Assembly: GCA_964607125.1 (NCBI GenBank)
Contig: CAZSHY010000003.1
Location: 1 to 42,156, forward strand
Direction of reading: 5' to 3'
From: an uncultured Pseudomonadales bacterium
GTDB lineage: Bacteria > Patescibacteriota > Microgenomatia > UBA1400 > PJMF01
DNA: 42,156 bases
The notes under the pieces were generated by a model. It had not been told where the DNA came from. It did no database searches and saw only the letters and a list, made by a program, of their open reading frames with translations. Within the stretch, counting starts at the first letter, position 1, and every line of letters begins with the position of its first letter. Position numbers and translations under genes: made by a program. Positions 7,784-18,007 of the stretch are shown one piece after another.

Positions 7784-9190
7784 CTACTCCCTGAGCATAG
7801 CCTTGGTCCGCCTGCGACTATGTTGTTTTTTGGAAAATCGATGTGACTCATCCCGAATCTGCTGAATCAATTGTAGTGCCGGGTGGCTGCCGGGCAAAGT
7901 CAAAATGTCATAAGTCAAAGTATTTAAAAGTTGACGCTTGTCCGCTTCGGCCATCTGTCGAGGTCTAAAGCGAGGAATGACCAATCTGTCAGGATGTTTG
8001 GCTATACCAATTAGTGGCGTGGCCCAGTCCCAAACGCTCAATGCTGCGCGGACTTGTCCCTTGCCGCCATCAATTACGACTAGGTCTGGCCTACCCCACT
8101 CCGGGTGGTTTTGCCGACGGGTTAAAGCCTCCTTCATCATGTGGTAGTCATTGGGCGTATTAAGACTGCGAATGTTAAATAACCTATATTCATCGGTAGC
8201 AGACTCACCACCAACAAACGTGACCATTGCCACACTGGCCAAAGTACCAAAGGTATTACTTACATCGTAGCCCTCTATTCTATTTAGTGGATACTCAATG
8301 GGCACGCCCTGATGCTCATTGAGTACACGGCTCAAGTACTTGAGACCGTCACCTTTGAGCTCCTGCATTAATGCCGGCGTACTCAGCTCGGGACTAAGTT
8401 TTTTTTGCGGATGAGTAACGGCTTCTATCAGAGCAATTCGATCTCTAATGACAGCCGCATTTTCAAATGCTTCTGAATTAACCGCCTGAGTAAGTTGGCG
8501 TTGCAGATCATGGACCAAGTCATGCTTTTTTCCCTTTAGAAACAGCTCGAGCTGGCCAATCATTTCCTGGTAGGCCTCGGGAGTGATTGCGCCAATGCAA
8601 GCTCCAGAACAAAGTTGCAAATGGTGATAAAAGCAAGCTCTGCTTGGCTTGCTCGAGCCATTGCACCAGGGGAATATTGGCCTGACCAACTTAAGCACCT
8701 CATTTACTTTGTAGCCACTTTGAAATGGTCCAAGCAGCGTACCTGTTAGGTGACGGGTGATGATTTCTTTTTTTCTGACTCGCAAAACTTTAGGATACTT
8801 TTCGGATGTAATGTGAATATAAAGCGGGCTCTTATCATCTTTGAGCAACACGTTGTATTGTGGCTGGTAGGTACGGATCAACTGAGCTTCAGTTAGAAGT
8901 GCCTCAAGTTCACTAGCCAGAACTTGGAATTTAAGTTGCGAAGCGGTGGTTGAGAGTTGATGAATGCGGGCTGATAACCGACCTAGCTGAGCATATGACC
9001 GGACGCGGTTCTTGAGGTTTTTAGCTTTTCCGACGTATAAAACGGTGTTGTTTGCGTCGGAAAACCAATACACTCCCGGCTGTGAGGGTAGTGACGGCAA
9101 TACTGATGCCCACTCCAAGGAGGACGGTGGGATTGGTAAGTCGTCCGAAGATGGGTGGGGCGCTAATGATGGTGTGGTTGGTTGATTCAT
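7784..9190 (-). CDS. uvrC: Excinuclease ABC subunit C (short form lacking the C-terminal HhH2 domain)
   Basis: GIY-YIG (PGVYWF...LYVGKAKNLKNRVRSY), a UVR domain (AFENAAVIRDRIALIE), and an endonuclease domain (IEGYDVSN...IDGGKGQ). The start is uncertain: GTG 9214, ATG 9190 or TTG 9118. All of these overlap the upstream transglutaminase-like CDS. Confidence 0.9.
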   Translation of the reverse strand: MNQPTTPSLAPHPSSDDLPIPPSSLEWASVLPSLPSQPGVYWFSDANNTVLYVGKAKNLKNRVRSYAQLGRLSARIHQLSTTASQLKFQVLASELEALLTEAQLIRTYQPQYNVLLKDDKSPLYIHITSEKYPKVLRVRKKEIITRHLTGTLLGPFQSGYKVNEVLKLVRPIFPWCNGSSKPSRACFYHHLQLCSGACIGAITPEAYQEMIGQLELFLKGKKHDLVHDLQRQLTQAVNSEAFENAAVIRDRIALIEAVTHPQKKLSPELSTPALMQELKGDGLKYLSRVLNEHQGVPIEYPLNRIEGYDVSNTFGTLASVAMVTFVGGESATDEYRLFNIRSLNTPNDYHMMKEALTRRQNHPEWGRPDLVVIDGGKGQVRAALSVWDWATPLIGIAKHPDRLVIPRFRPRQMAEADKRQLLNTLTYDILTLPGSHPALQLIQQIRDESHRFSKKQHSRRRTKAMLRE

Positions 9191-10871
9191 AGACAATTTG
9201 GCCAGCGCTATCACGTATTGTAACAGTCGCGCGCTCCGCGCGCGGCAGGCTCCAGGTCTCAGTCAACAAAGTGATGGGCACCGCTCTAGATTCAAATGGT
9301 AGCAGCGCATCAATCTGACGAACCACATTGCCCACTGTCAGATTTAAGTCGTAAATGGCTGTGCCTGAGTTATTAGTCAGCGTTAAAATTGACAATCCAG
9401 GCACGGGTAAGCCAAAAAGCTGTTGTGATGAAATTCGGATATGGTATTCATTGGGAAGCTCTGGTGGTGCTTGAGTAAAGGTTATTTGAACGTCCTTGGT
9501 TGTACTATCCTGTGCTTTATAAAAACCAGCAGCGTATGGTGTGGTACTGGATACGCCATTGATGGCAAAAACAATGTGGTTGAGGTCAAACTGGTTGAAG
9601 TAATCCACCCCGCCTGTGGTGGCGCCCCAGGTTGGATCGATGGGCTGCCAGTTCCCACTCGCGGCATCATAGTATTCCGGCCAAGCATGGAGCACGTCAC
9701 CCTCCAAGCCGAGGGGTCGAAGTTTCTCATTTTGAGTGTAGGCAAAACCAGTCAGTCTTCTGGCCGGTATGCCCGCTGCGCGGGCAATCGTCACAAAAGT
9801 GTCGGTGAATTCTTGACAAACCGCTTGGTCGGGATTGGCGAGTGCATCGACTGCGCCGAGGCGATGAAGTTTTTGAGCTTCAGTCACGTCCGCATAGGTC
9901 AGAGTTTTAACCAGATAGTTGTAAATGTTGCTGGCAGTCGGATTCTGCTGAGCTAGATTGGTGATAGTTGGGTTTTGAACCTGCCAAAATGGCTGGGTAG
10001 ATAGGTGTTCCTTGAGTACGGTCTGGCCCGGCGTGTTGTTTCGCTCCAAGGTGACGGTGATGGTGGCCATCAGGTCAACGGTCGTGATGGAGTTGGCAGG
10101 AATGCGGTAGGTAGCTATCCAGTTGCCGTCTGGGTCACGCTTGAGAGTCGCAGGCAAGGGAGAAAGTGACTCATAACTGACTTTTTGAAACTGTGTGTCT
10201 GGCGGCAGGGCAATTTGACCAACAGCTTCAGACGAACCTGTGTTTTCCAGCTGATATCTGATATTCGCCCCATAGTATTGGGTGTCGCCGAAAAAGAGCG
10301 TTACTCCGCTGGCTTGTTCACCGGCAAAGGTAGTAATGGTATGTTCTGTAGTAGTTTGCGTGCTGGTTGGCGTAGGCTCGGCTCGCTTGGGAGCGCCAAA
10401 TTTGAGAGGGGTTTGAATGACGGTAGTTAATTGATCGAAGGCTTGGGCGGTGCCCAACTTGGGCGCATGAAACTCAAGGACACGGCCGCCAATAGTAGCC
10501 AAATCGTTGGTCAGGTACTCAATTGTAAAAACGCGCGACTTGCCCTCACCTACTACCTGGTCTGGGAAATCGAGGGCAATGGTGGTGGCAGTGGGTGTAG
10601 AGACGACATTAGGTGCCAGCGGTGAGTTTTTATAAGTGGCTAGAACACTTTTTATGTCACCTGAGTTGGTTTTGAGAGCGTACTGCTTAATAAATACGGC
10701 TGGAGTTTTATTGGTGATGGAAATTTGGTGGACTACCCGAGTATTGCCTGATTCATCCACCGTATATGTGGATTGGAGTTGGCTGGTAAACTGTTCAGCA
10801 GCCAGAACGGGAATTGGCAAAGCGCAAAAGATGCAGAATAAAAACAGTAGAGAAATTAATCTTGAGTTCAC
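9021..10871 (-). CDS. Secreted/anchored transglutaminase-like protein
   Basis: GTG start and signal peptide LISLLFLFCIFCALPIPVLAAEQ. The core CQEFTDTFVTIARAAGIPARRLTGFAY ... HAWPEYY ... IDPTWG has Cys-His-Asp intact. The C-terminus is a TM helix plus the basic tail RRKQHRFIRRKS. Confidence 0.88.
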   Translation of the reverse strand: MNSRLISLLFLFCIFCALPIPVLAAEQFTSQLQSTYTVDESGNTRVVHQISITNKTPAVFIKQYALKTNSGDIKSVLATYKNSPLAPNVVSTPTATTIALDFPDQVVGEGKSRVFTIEYLTNDLATIGGRVLEFHAPKLGTAQAFDQLTTVIQTPLKFGAPKRAEPTPTSTQTTTEHTITTFAGEQASGVTLFFGDTQYYGANIRYQLENTGSSEAVGQIALPPDTQFQKVSYESLSPLPATLKRDPDGNWIATYRIPANSITTVDLMATITVTLERNNTPGQTVLKEHLSTQPFWQVQNPTITNLAQQNPTASNIYNYLVKTLTYADVTEAQKLHRLGAVDALANPDQAVCQEFTDTFVTIARAAGIPARRLTGFAYTQNEKLRPLGLEGDVLHAWPEYYDAASGNWQPIDPTWGATTGGVDYFNQFDLNHIVFAINGVSSTTPYAAGFYKAQDSTTKDVQITFTQAPPELPNEYHIRISSQQLFGLPVPGLSILTLTNNSGTAIYDLNLTVGNVVRQIDALLPFESRAVPITLLTETWSLPRAERATVTIRDSAGQIVYESTNHTIISAPPIFGRLTNPTVLLGVGISIAVTTLTAGSVLVFRRKQHRFIRRKS

Positions 10872-10891
10872 ACCGCTATTCTAGCTTATGG

Positions 10892-13800
10892 CTAGGACTT
10901 GCGGGCGCGCATCTGGTCAAATTCTTGTTGGAGAAATACACCTGTACTGGTAGAAGTTAGTTGGGCAAGTTGAGATGGCGTGCCGGTGGCAATAATTTGG
11001 CCTCCACCCTCGCCTCCCTCAGGACCGAGATCAATTATCCAATCTGCGTTTTTAATCACATCCAAATTATGTTCAATCACGATCACGGTATTGTTTTGCT
11101 GGACCAACTTATCCAAAACCTGCAGCAGTTTCTTAACGTCTTCAAAGTGCAAGCCGGTGGTTGGTTCGTCCAAGAGGTAGACGACATGGTCGGTGGTCCT
11201 GGTAGAGAGTTCCTTGGACAACTTCACACGTTGAGCTTCGCCGCCACTGAGAGTGGGGGCTGGTTGGCCAAGCTCAATGTAGCCTAGACCCACGGATTGA
11301 AGTGTTTTGAGTTTAGTCTTGAGTGTCGAGTGGCCGCTGAAAAACTCGGCTGCCTCGTCCACAGTCATTTTCAATACCTGATGAATGTTTTTTTCTTTGT
11401 AGTAGACCTCTAGAGTTTCGGCACTGTAGCGCTTGCCGTTGCACACATCGCAAGTTACGTACACATCTGGTAGAAACTGCATTTCTATTTTAATTTGGCC
11501 ATCGCCCTGGCAAGCTTCGCAGCGGCCGCCCTTGACATTGAAACTAAACCGACCCGCGGTATAGCCTCGTAGCCTGGCATCCTTGGTTTCGGCAAAAACC
11601 TTGCGAATGTAGTCAAATGCTTTGGTATAGGTGGCGGGATTGGAGCGGGGGGTTTTGCCGATCGGGCTCTGATCGATCAAAGTAATGCGTTTAACTTTTT
11701 CTGGGACCATGATTGAATCAATCGGACCAGGTGTGACATCCAGATGATGGCCTAGGTGTTTGGAAAGATGTTGAAAAAGTGTGTCATGGAGCAGGGTTGA
11801 TTTTCCAGAACCTGAGACGCCGGTGATACAAGTCAGAGTGTTGAGTGGGAATGAGACATCCACTTGCTTGAGGTTATGGTGGCTGGCGCCGGTTATGCGG
11901 ATGGCACTCTTGTCTGCCACTGCTACGATTTGATCATTACCGACTTCGTCGTCGCTGACTAACCTGCGCTCATGAGGGTCACCAGGTGTGGGACTGAGGG
12001 GAGTTTTTTTCTTACCTTGGCGTTCAATCTGAACTTCTTTTTTTCTAGCCAGATACTGCCCGGTAAGTGATTTTTTATCATTCATTAAAGTCTCAGGTGT
12101 GCCTTGAGCCACCACTGTACCACCATGTTTGCCGGCGGCCGGTCCAAAGTCCACGATCCAATCTGCTGCCTGCATCACGTCTCGATCGTGTTCAACCACA
12201 ATCACGGTGTTGCCTTTTTGCTGGAGATTTTTGAGGGTTTCAATTAAGCGATGGTTGTCCCGCTGGTGCAGACCAATCGTCGGTTCGTCCAAGATGTAGA
12301 GCACGCCGGTCAGGCCGGTGCCAATCTGGGAAGCCAACCTGATACGCTGAGCTTCTCCACCGGCCAAGGTGGAAGCTTCACGGTCCAAACTCAGGTAATC
12401 TAGGCCAACCGAATTGAGAAACTCCAGGCGGCTGGTGATTTCTTTGAGAATGGACTCGCCGATGATGGCTTCCTTGGCAGTCAATTTATGCTCACTGGTC
12501 AAAGTCTGGAACCAAGCCAGAGAGAGATTAATGGCCAAATGACCCGCTTGAGCAATATTTTTTCCGTCCACATGAACGCTGAGCGCCTCTTCCTTGAGTC
12601 GAGTTCCCTGACAGCGAGGGCAGATCTGTTTTTGCATGAACTCTTCAATTTCCTTGCGAATGTAGTCAGATTCCGTCTCTGAGTAGCGGCGCTCTAGATT
12701 GGTAATAAAACCTTCAAACTTTTCATGAATCACGGTTTCTCGGCCAAACCGATTCTCGCCTTCGACGCGATAGATCTTGGGACTGCCATACAAGAGCAAG
12801 CGCTGGGTGTCGGCATCCATTTCTTCATAGATGGTTTTACGGTAGTCATATTGAGTATCATCAACCACAGCTTTGACTAACCGCGACCACCAGCTATCGG
12901 TGCTCAATGTGCGGGCAAAGGGGACGATAGCACCCTCGGACAAGGTTAGACCGGGGGCCACGATTTTGCTGGCATCAATTTTGAGCAGCGAGCCCAAGCC
13001 ATTACACTCAGGGCAAGCTCCCTGCGGCGAGTTAAATGAAAACAGCCGGGGTTCAATTTCTGGGATAGAGATGCCGCAGTCGCTGCAGGCGCGCTTTTCG
13101 CTGTAAAGTTTGTCCTCGCATTGCTTGGGCGACTCTGGGAAAGTAAGGGATTCATCCAGAACAATGCTCAGCTCGACCATGCCCTCGGATAGTTTGAGCG
13201 CCTCCTCTACTGTCTGGTTGAGGCGGCTGCGGAGAGTTTTGGCTTCTTCGGCATTTTTGAGCTGTTTGCCACTGGTCACCAGGCGGTCCAGGACTACGCT
13301 AATGCTGTGTTTATTGGTTTTAATCAAGCTCAAATCACCGGAAACGCTATAAAACTGGCCGTCAATCCGGACGCGTTGGTAGCCTTTTTTTTGGAGGTTC
13401 TCCAACAAGTCGCGAAACTCGCCTTTGCGCTCCCGCACCACGGGTGCCAAGATCATGAATCGCACCGGCTGGCCGGAGTTGGCAGCGGCGTGATCCCGCA
13501 CCTGACTAAACATGTGGTCAATAATTTGGTCCAAAGACTGGGTAGCCACTTCTTTGCCGCAGTTGGGACAGTGGGGCCGGCCAACTCTGGCATACAGCAG
13601 GCGCAAGTAGTCGTAAATCTCAGTGATGGTGCCCACGGTGGACCGAGGGTTGTGCGAGGTAGTTTTTTGGTCAATGGAGATGGCGGGTGACAGGCCTTCG
13701 ATGTGGTCAACGTCAGGTTTGTGCATGATGCCCAAAAACTGGCGGGCATACGAGCTCAAACTCTCGACGTAGCGGCGCTGACCTTCGGCGTAGAGTGTGT

Positions 13801-13945
13801 CAAAGGCTAGCGAGCTTTTGCCACTGCCCGAGAGTCCGGTGAAAACCACCAGCTGGTTCTTGGGGATCTCCAGAGAAATGTCCTTGAGGTTGTGTTCGCG
13901 GGCTCCAGAGACGGAAATGGTGGTGGCGGGTTGTAGATTGGGCAT
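10892..13945 (-). CDS. uvrA: Excinuclease ABC subunit A
   Basis: 1017 aa with two ABC ATPase modules ([23 protein letters not shown]), LSGGEAQR twice, and zinc-finger CxxC motifs. Confidence 0.98.
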   Translation of the reverse strand: MPNLQPATTISVSGAREHNLKDISLEIPKNQLVVFTGLSGSGKSSLAFDTLYAEGQRRYVESLSSYARQFLGIMHKPDVDHIEGLSPAISIDQKTTSHNPRSTVGTITEIYDYLRLLYARVGRPHCPNCGKEVATQSLDQIIDHMFSQVRDHAAANSGQPVRFMILAPVVRERKGEFRDLLENLQKKGYQRVRIDGQFYSVSGDLSLIKTNKHSISVVLDRLVTSGKQLKNAEEAKTLRSRLNQTVEEALKLSEGMVELSIVLDESLTFPESPKQCEDKLYSEKRACSDCGISIPEIEPRLFSFNSPQGACPECNGLGSLLKIDASKIVAPGLTLSEGAIVPFARTLSTDSWWSRLVKAVVDDTQYDYRKTIYEEMDADTQRLLLYGSPKIYRVEGENRFGRETVIHEKFEGFITNLERRYSETESDYIRKEIEEFMQKQICPRCQGTRLKEEALSVHVDGKNIAQAGHLAINLSLAWFQTLTSEHKLTAKEAIIGESILKEITSRLEFLNSVGLDYLSLDREASTLAGGEAQRIRLASQIGTGLTGVLYILDEPTIGLHQRDNHRLIETLKNLQQKGNTVIVVEHDRDVMQAADWIVDFGPAAGKHGGTVVAQGTPETLMNDKKSLTGQYLARKKEVQIERQGKKKTPLSPTPGDPHERRLVSDDEVGNDQIVAVADKSAIRITGASHHNLKQVDVSFPLNTLTCITGVSGSGKSTLLHDTLFQHLSKHLGHHLDVTPGPIDSIMVPEKVKRITLIDQSPIGKTPRSNPATYTKAFDYIRKVFAETKDARLRGYTAGRFSFNVKGGRCEACQGDGQIKIEMQFLPDVYVTCDVCNGKRYSAETLEVYYKEKNIHQVLKMTVDEAAEFFSGHSTLKTKLKTLQSVGLGYIELGQPAPTLSGGEAQRVKLSKELSTRTTDHVVYLLDEPTTGLHFEDVKKLLQVLDKLVQQNNTVIVIEHNLDVIKNADWIIDLGPEGGEGGGQIIATGTPSQLAQLTSTSTGVFLQQEFDQMRARKS

Positions 13946-13997
13946 GAAATGAGGATCTATTATAGCGAAGAATGGGCGAAAATGGAATGGTGGGAAG

Positions 13998-16310
13998 TTA
14001 CACTTCTAGCGTTGCAATCGTATCTCTTAATATCGCCGCCAACTCAAAGTCCATGTCCTTGGCAGCCTGCCCCATCCGCCGCCGGAGTTTGTCGCTGAGC
14101 TTCTTCCTGTCGTAAGGGGTAAGCGCCGCGGGCTTAATTTTGAGCAGGTCGATGCTCTCGGTTTTGTTCAAGTTAATAATTAGTTCCTTAATGCCCTTAG
14201 CCTTATTAGCTTTCCGCTGGACCTCTTCATCTTCCTTCTGCCGCTCGATCATTTTCTTGCGGATTGGTTTTTGGATCGACTCGGGCGTGATGCCCCTCTC
14301 TAAGTTATAGGCAATTTGAGTCTCTCGGCGACGGAGTGTCTCTTCGATGGCCTGTTTCATGGCGATGGTCATCAGGTCGGCATACAAAATCACATGGCCT
14401 TCCAAGTGGCGTGCACCCCGGCCCATGGTTTGGATCAGCGAGGTTCGTGAGCGCAAAAAGCCAGACTTGTCGGCATCCAGAATGGCCACTAGAGAAACCT
14501 CCGGTAGGTCCAGGCCTTCGCGCAGCAGGTTGATGCCCACCACCACGTCGTAAACGCCCAGGCGTAGATCGTCTAGGATGTCGGAGCGGTCTAGGGTCAC
14601 CACGTCTGAATGCAGGTAGGCCACCTTGGGATAGACGGTTTCTGAGGTCAAAATGTGTTCAATACTACTACTGCTAGTGTTTTGCCGGCGCAAGTGTGAA
14701 AAGTAAGTTGGGTCAATCGGGCCAATCGGCATGTCAGCGATGGGCAGTTCTTCTTGGTTCCAAATCGCGGCAATATCGTCTGGTGCGGCCTCCTCTAGAT
14801 CATGTTGGACGCGGCGCTTTTTAATGATGTTGGCCAGCAAAATATCGATCTTTTCACGACTATTTAAGTATTCGGTCAAGGCCTCGGCCATTTTTTTGGT
14901 CAGGGTGGTCACGATGACGCGCTGGCCTTTGGCCTTGCGCAGCAAAATCTCCATGATTAGGTCTTCAATTTGGCCACCGGTGGGCCGCAGCTCGATGTTG
15001 GGGTCAACTAGGCCGGTAGGGCGCACCAGTTGCTCTACCACTTGGTTGTTTGATAGGGATACTTCCAGTGTTTCTGGCGTGGCTGAGACGTAGATCATTT
15101 GCTTGGTTTTTTGGAGAAACTCCTCAAACCGGAGCGGCCGATTATCCAGGGCACTGGGCAAGCGGAAACCGTACTCAATCAGGGTTTCTTTGCGGGCACG
15201 GTCACCATTAAACATGCCTCGGACTTGAGGCAAAGTGATGTGACTTTCGTCCACCACGGTCAAGAACGAGCCGTCGCCAAATTGACGGGCGCTTTCCGCA
15301 AAATAATCAATCAGCGTGAAGGGCGGCGCGCCTTGCGCGCGGCCATCAAAGTAGCGCGAGTAGTTTTCAATGCCGTTGACGAAGCCAAACTCGCGCATCA
15401 TGTCTAAGTCGTAACGGACTTTTTGCTCCAGTCGGTACGCCTCAACGATCTTGTTGTTGGCGCGCATTGTGTTTAGCTGGGCATTCAGGTCGTGCTCAAT
15501 CTCAGCAAACGCCTCCTGCTGAGATTTGGGGTCCATCATGTAGTGCTTGGCAGGGTAAATGACAACTTTATATGGCCTGCCTTCGGCCCGAGGATACGGG
15601 ATTTGGTCTGCGGGCAGCGGGCTGCCGGATATGGGGTCGATCCAAGTGATTGAAGTGACTTGATTTTCCAATGTGTCGATACTTAGAGCCCGGTCGTCGT
15701 ACGCCGGCCAGAGCTGGATGATATCGCCGCGGAGACGGAAAGTGCCCCGCTTGAAGTCAGCGTCCGAGCGATCGTACTGCAAATTGGCCAATTGAAGGAG
15801 GACGGTCTCGCGGGAAATAATCTCGCCCTCAATCAGTTCCAACAAGTACTTGCCATACTCAACTGGGGAGCCCAAGTTATAGATACACGAGACCGAGGCC
15901 ACCACGATCGAGTCCGGTCGAGTCATGAGATTGGTGGTGGATGACAAGCGCAGCTTGTCGATTTCGTCGTTGATGGTAGCTTCCTTCTCAATGTAGGTGT
16001 CGGTGGTGGGGATATAGGCCTCAGGTTGGTAGTAGTCGTAGTAGGAGACAAAGTAACTGACGGCGTTATTGGGGAAAAAGTCGCGAAACTCCTGGTACAG
16101 CTGGGCAGCCAGGGTTTTGTTGTGGGCAATGATTAGGGTGGGCTTTTGGGTCCGTTGAATCAGGTTGGCCACGGTGAAGGTCTTGCCCGAGCCAGTCACA
16201 CCCAGCAGGGTCTGGTGATGTTGGCCAGACTCCACGCCCGCCACCAATTTATCGATGGCCTCGGGTTGGTCGCCGGTGGGCTGATAGCTGGACTGCAAGG
16301 AGAAAGACAT
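13998..16310 (-). CDS. uvrB: Excinuclease ABC subunit B (with a ~74-aa lineage-specific insertion)
   Basis: GVTGSGKTFT, DESH, GINLLREGLDLPEV, QTMGRGAR, and a C-terminal UVR domain (DFELAAILRD). It is 770 aa, against about 670 for typical UvrB. Confidence 0.98.
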   Translation of the reverse strand: MSFSLQSSYQPTGDQPEAIDKLVAGVESGQHHQTLLGVTGSGKTFTVANLIQRTQKPTLIIAHNKTLAAQLYQEFRDFFPNNAVSYFVSYYDYYQPEAYIPTTDTYIEKEATINDEIDKLRLSSTTNLMTRPDSIVVASVSCIYNLGSPVEYGKYLLELIEGEIISRETVLLQLANLQYDRSDADFKRGTFRLRGDIIQLWPAYDDRALSIDTLENQVTSITWIDPISGSPLPADQIPYPRAEGRPYKVVIYPAKHYMMDPKSQQEAFAEIEHDLNAQLNTMRANNKIVEAYRLEQKVRYDLDMMREFGFVNGIENYSRYFDGRAQGAPPFTLIDYFAESARQFGDGSFLTVVDESHITLPQVRGMFNGDRARKETLIEYGFRLPSALDNRPLRFEEFLQKTKQMIYVSATPETLEVSLSNNQVVEQLVRPTGLVDPNIELRPTGGQIEDLIMEILLRKAKGQRVIVTTLTKKMAEALTEYLNSREKIDILLANIIKKRRVQHDLEEAAPDDIAAIWNQEELPIADMPIGPIDPTYFSHLRRQNTSSSSIEHILTSETVYPKVAYLHSDVVTLDRSDILDDLRLGVYDVVVGINLLREGLDLPEVSLVAILDADKSGFLRSRTSLIQTMGRGARHLEGHVILYADLMTIAMKQAIEETLRRRETQIAYNLERGITPESIQKPIRKKMIERQKEDEEVQRKANKAKGIKELIINLNKTESIDLLKIKPAALTPYDRKKLSDKLRRRMGQAAKDMDFELAAILRDTIATLEV

Positions 16311-16316
16311 GGCTGT

Positions 16317-16342
16317 ATTATAGCCTACCGCTGACTGGTCAG
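16317..16342 (-). promoter_or_regulatory. uvrB promoter region (-10 box plus adjacent palindrome)
   Basis: TATAAT (16317-16322, minus strand) lies 6 nt upstream of the uvrB ATG. The palindrome CTGAC-NN-GTCAG at 16331-16342 overlaps the -35/spacer position. Confidence 0.5.
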
Positions 16343-16389
16343 GCTAATTCTTCTGCTCTGGTAAATTTGTGAGATAATCAAACTAGTTC

Positions 16390-17154
16390 ATGCACATCAC
16401 TCCACTCAAAACTCCAATTGTTCAACCCCATGATGAGCTGTGGCCAATTCTTCGCGCTGGTTTGCCCAAATCATTGGTCGAACGGACGATTGTGGTAGTA
16501 ACTTCCAAAATTGTTGGCTTATGCGAAGGCAGAGTCGTGCCTAAAAAGGACGGATCTAAGGAAGAAAAACGCCATTTGGTTGAGCAGGAGGCTGAATACT
16601 ACGTGGACCCACGCACTTCCAAGTCAAAATACGACATCATGCTAACTATGAAACATGCTATCTTGGCGGTCAATGCTGGCATTGATGAATCAAACGTGCA
16701 TGACCAATATGTGTTGTTTCCCAGCGACCCGATGGCGAGCGCCCAAAAAATTTGGCAGTTTCTAAGGTCAGAGTATAACCTCGAGGAAGTCGGCGTGCTG
16801 ATCACTGATAGCCGGACTATGCCGCTCAAGTGGGGTCAAATGGGCACCTCTCTGGCTTACTGTGGCTTCTCGCCCTTGAACGACAATCGCGGACTACCGG
16901 ACCTGTTTGGTCGAGAACTAGTCATGACTCAGGTGAATGTGGCAGAGAGTTTGGCGGTGGCAGCTGTGCTGGAAATGGGCGAAGCTGCCGAGTCCACCCC
17001 GTTGGCGTTGATAACAGAAGTACCCATGGTCCAGTTTTTAACTCGGCCGCCTACAGCAGAAGATGTGGCTGCACTGGTTATTGCCCCAGACGATGATGTG
17101 TACGCCCCCGTCGTCATGGCAGCGGCATGGCAGCCAGGGGGAAAGGCGCCTTAG
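16390..17154 (+). CDS. CofE-like (F420-0:gamma-glutamyl ligase family) protein
   Basis: VVTSKIVGLCEGRVV and NAGIDESN match the CofE/FbiB ligase-domain motifs. 254 aa. Confidence 0.8.
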   Translation: MHITPLKTPIVQPHDELWPILRAGLPKSLVERTIVVVTSKIVGLCEGRVVPKKDGSKEEKRHLVEQEAEYYVDPRTSKSKYDIMLTMKHAILAVNAGIDESNVHDQYVLFPSDPMASAQKIWQFLRSEYNLEEVGVLITDSRTMPLKWGQMGTSLAYCGFSPLNDNRGLPDLFGRELVMTQVNVAESLAVAAVLEMGEAAESTPLALITEVPMVQFLTRPPTAEDVAALVIAPDDDVYAPVVMAAAWQPGGKAP

Positions 17155-17161
17155 GCAAGGT

Positions 17162-17992
17162 ATGTTTAGTCAAGAAGTAGTCAGCTGGTTTAGCCGAAGC
17201 GTGGTCCGTCCACGCTGGTACAAGGCTTTTGTCCACATATACAAGTTTGCCCTGCGGGGTATGGGCGTGCTCAACTCGGGGGGTAATGATGCCACTGGTG
17301 AGGATTGGTTTTTGTCACGAGTTACAAGAGCTCGAGTCCAAACAGTGGTAGATGTCGGCGCCAACCTGGAGATATATGGGGAGAAACTTCTACCCCAGGC
17401 CAAAATTGTCGCGTTTGAGCCGCACCCAGTTTCGGCTAAAAGACTAAGCGCTCAGTCGCACTCGGCTCATGTCAAAATTGTGGCTCAGGCAGTCAGCAAT
17501 CGAAACGGTTGGGCAACGCTGTGGGACTTTGCACCAGATGCGCCTCTCAAACATACTCAGCCTACGTCTACACTCTCCTCGCTCAACCAGTCAGTAATTG
17601 AAGGTCTCCACGGTCAGAAGTCGATGGGCTATCAGGTCAAGACAGTGACCCTGGACTCCGCCCTAGCCAAGCTAGGTGTGCACCATGTGGACATTCTCAA
17701 GATAGATGTGGAAGGTTTGGAATTGTCAGTCCTGCAAGGGGCCAAGCGATTGTTAGCCGCCCACGCTATTGACCTGATTCAGTTTGAGTTTAATGAAATG
17801 CACGCTTACCAACACGTGCTGTTCAAAGATTTTGTGGATTTATTACCCGGTTTTGACTTTTATCGGCTTTCAGCCCGGGGTTTAATCCCTTTGGGCGCGT
17901 ACCGGCCGCTGACTCATGAGCTCTTCGGTTTTCAAAATGTGCTTGCGATTGCTCATAAAAAACGTGCCAAGTGGTTACGCATTCTATCCTGA
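17162..17992 (+). CDS. FkbM-family SAM-dependent methyltransferase
   Basis: VVDVGANLEIYG, AFEPHP and DILKIDVEGLELSVLQGA. The ORF-track start at 17063 overlaps the CofE-like C-terminus out of frame. The ATG at 17162 is preferred. Confidence 0.82.
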   Translation: MFSQEVVSWFSRSVVRPRWYKAFVHIYKFALRGMGVLNSGGNDATGEDWFLSRVTRARVQTVVDVGANLEIYGEKLLPQAKIVAFEPHPVSAKRLSAQSHSAHVKIVAQAVSNRNGWATLWDFAPDAPLKHTQPTSTLSSLNQSVIEGLHGQKSMGYQVKTVTLDSALAKLGVHHVDILKIDVEGLELSVLQGAKRLLAAHAIDLIQFEFNEMHAYQHVLFKDFVDLLPGFDFYRLSARGLIPLGAYRPLTHELFGFQNVLAIAHKKRAKWLRILS

Positions 17993-18007
17993 CGCAAAAG
18001 GAGGAGT

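Noticed and set aside
9441-9956. 171-aa plus-strand ORF, plus many other 60-130-aa ORFs antisense to or out of frame within large genes (e.g. 6503..6868, 13307..13690, 14731..15093, 23365..23718, 29232..29606, 29898..30260, 34424..34786, 34462..34839)
   Set aside because: All lie fully inside CDSs with strong family-level motifs on the other strand or in another frame. Their translations are low-complexity (Ser/Arg/Pro/Gly-rich), which is typical of shadow ORFs.
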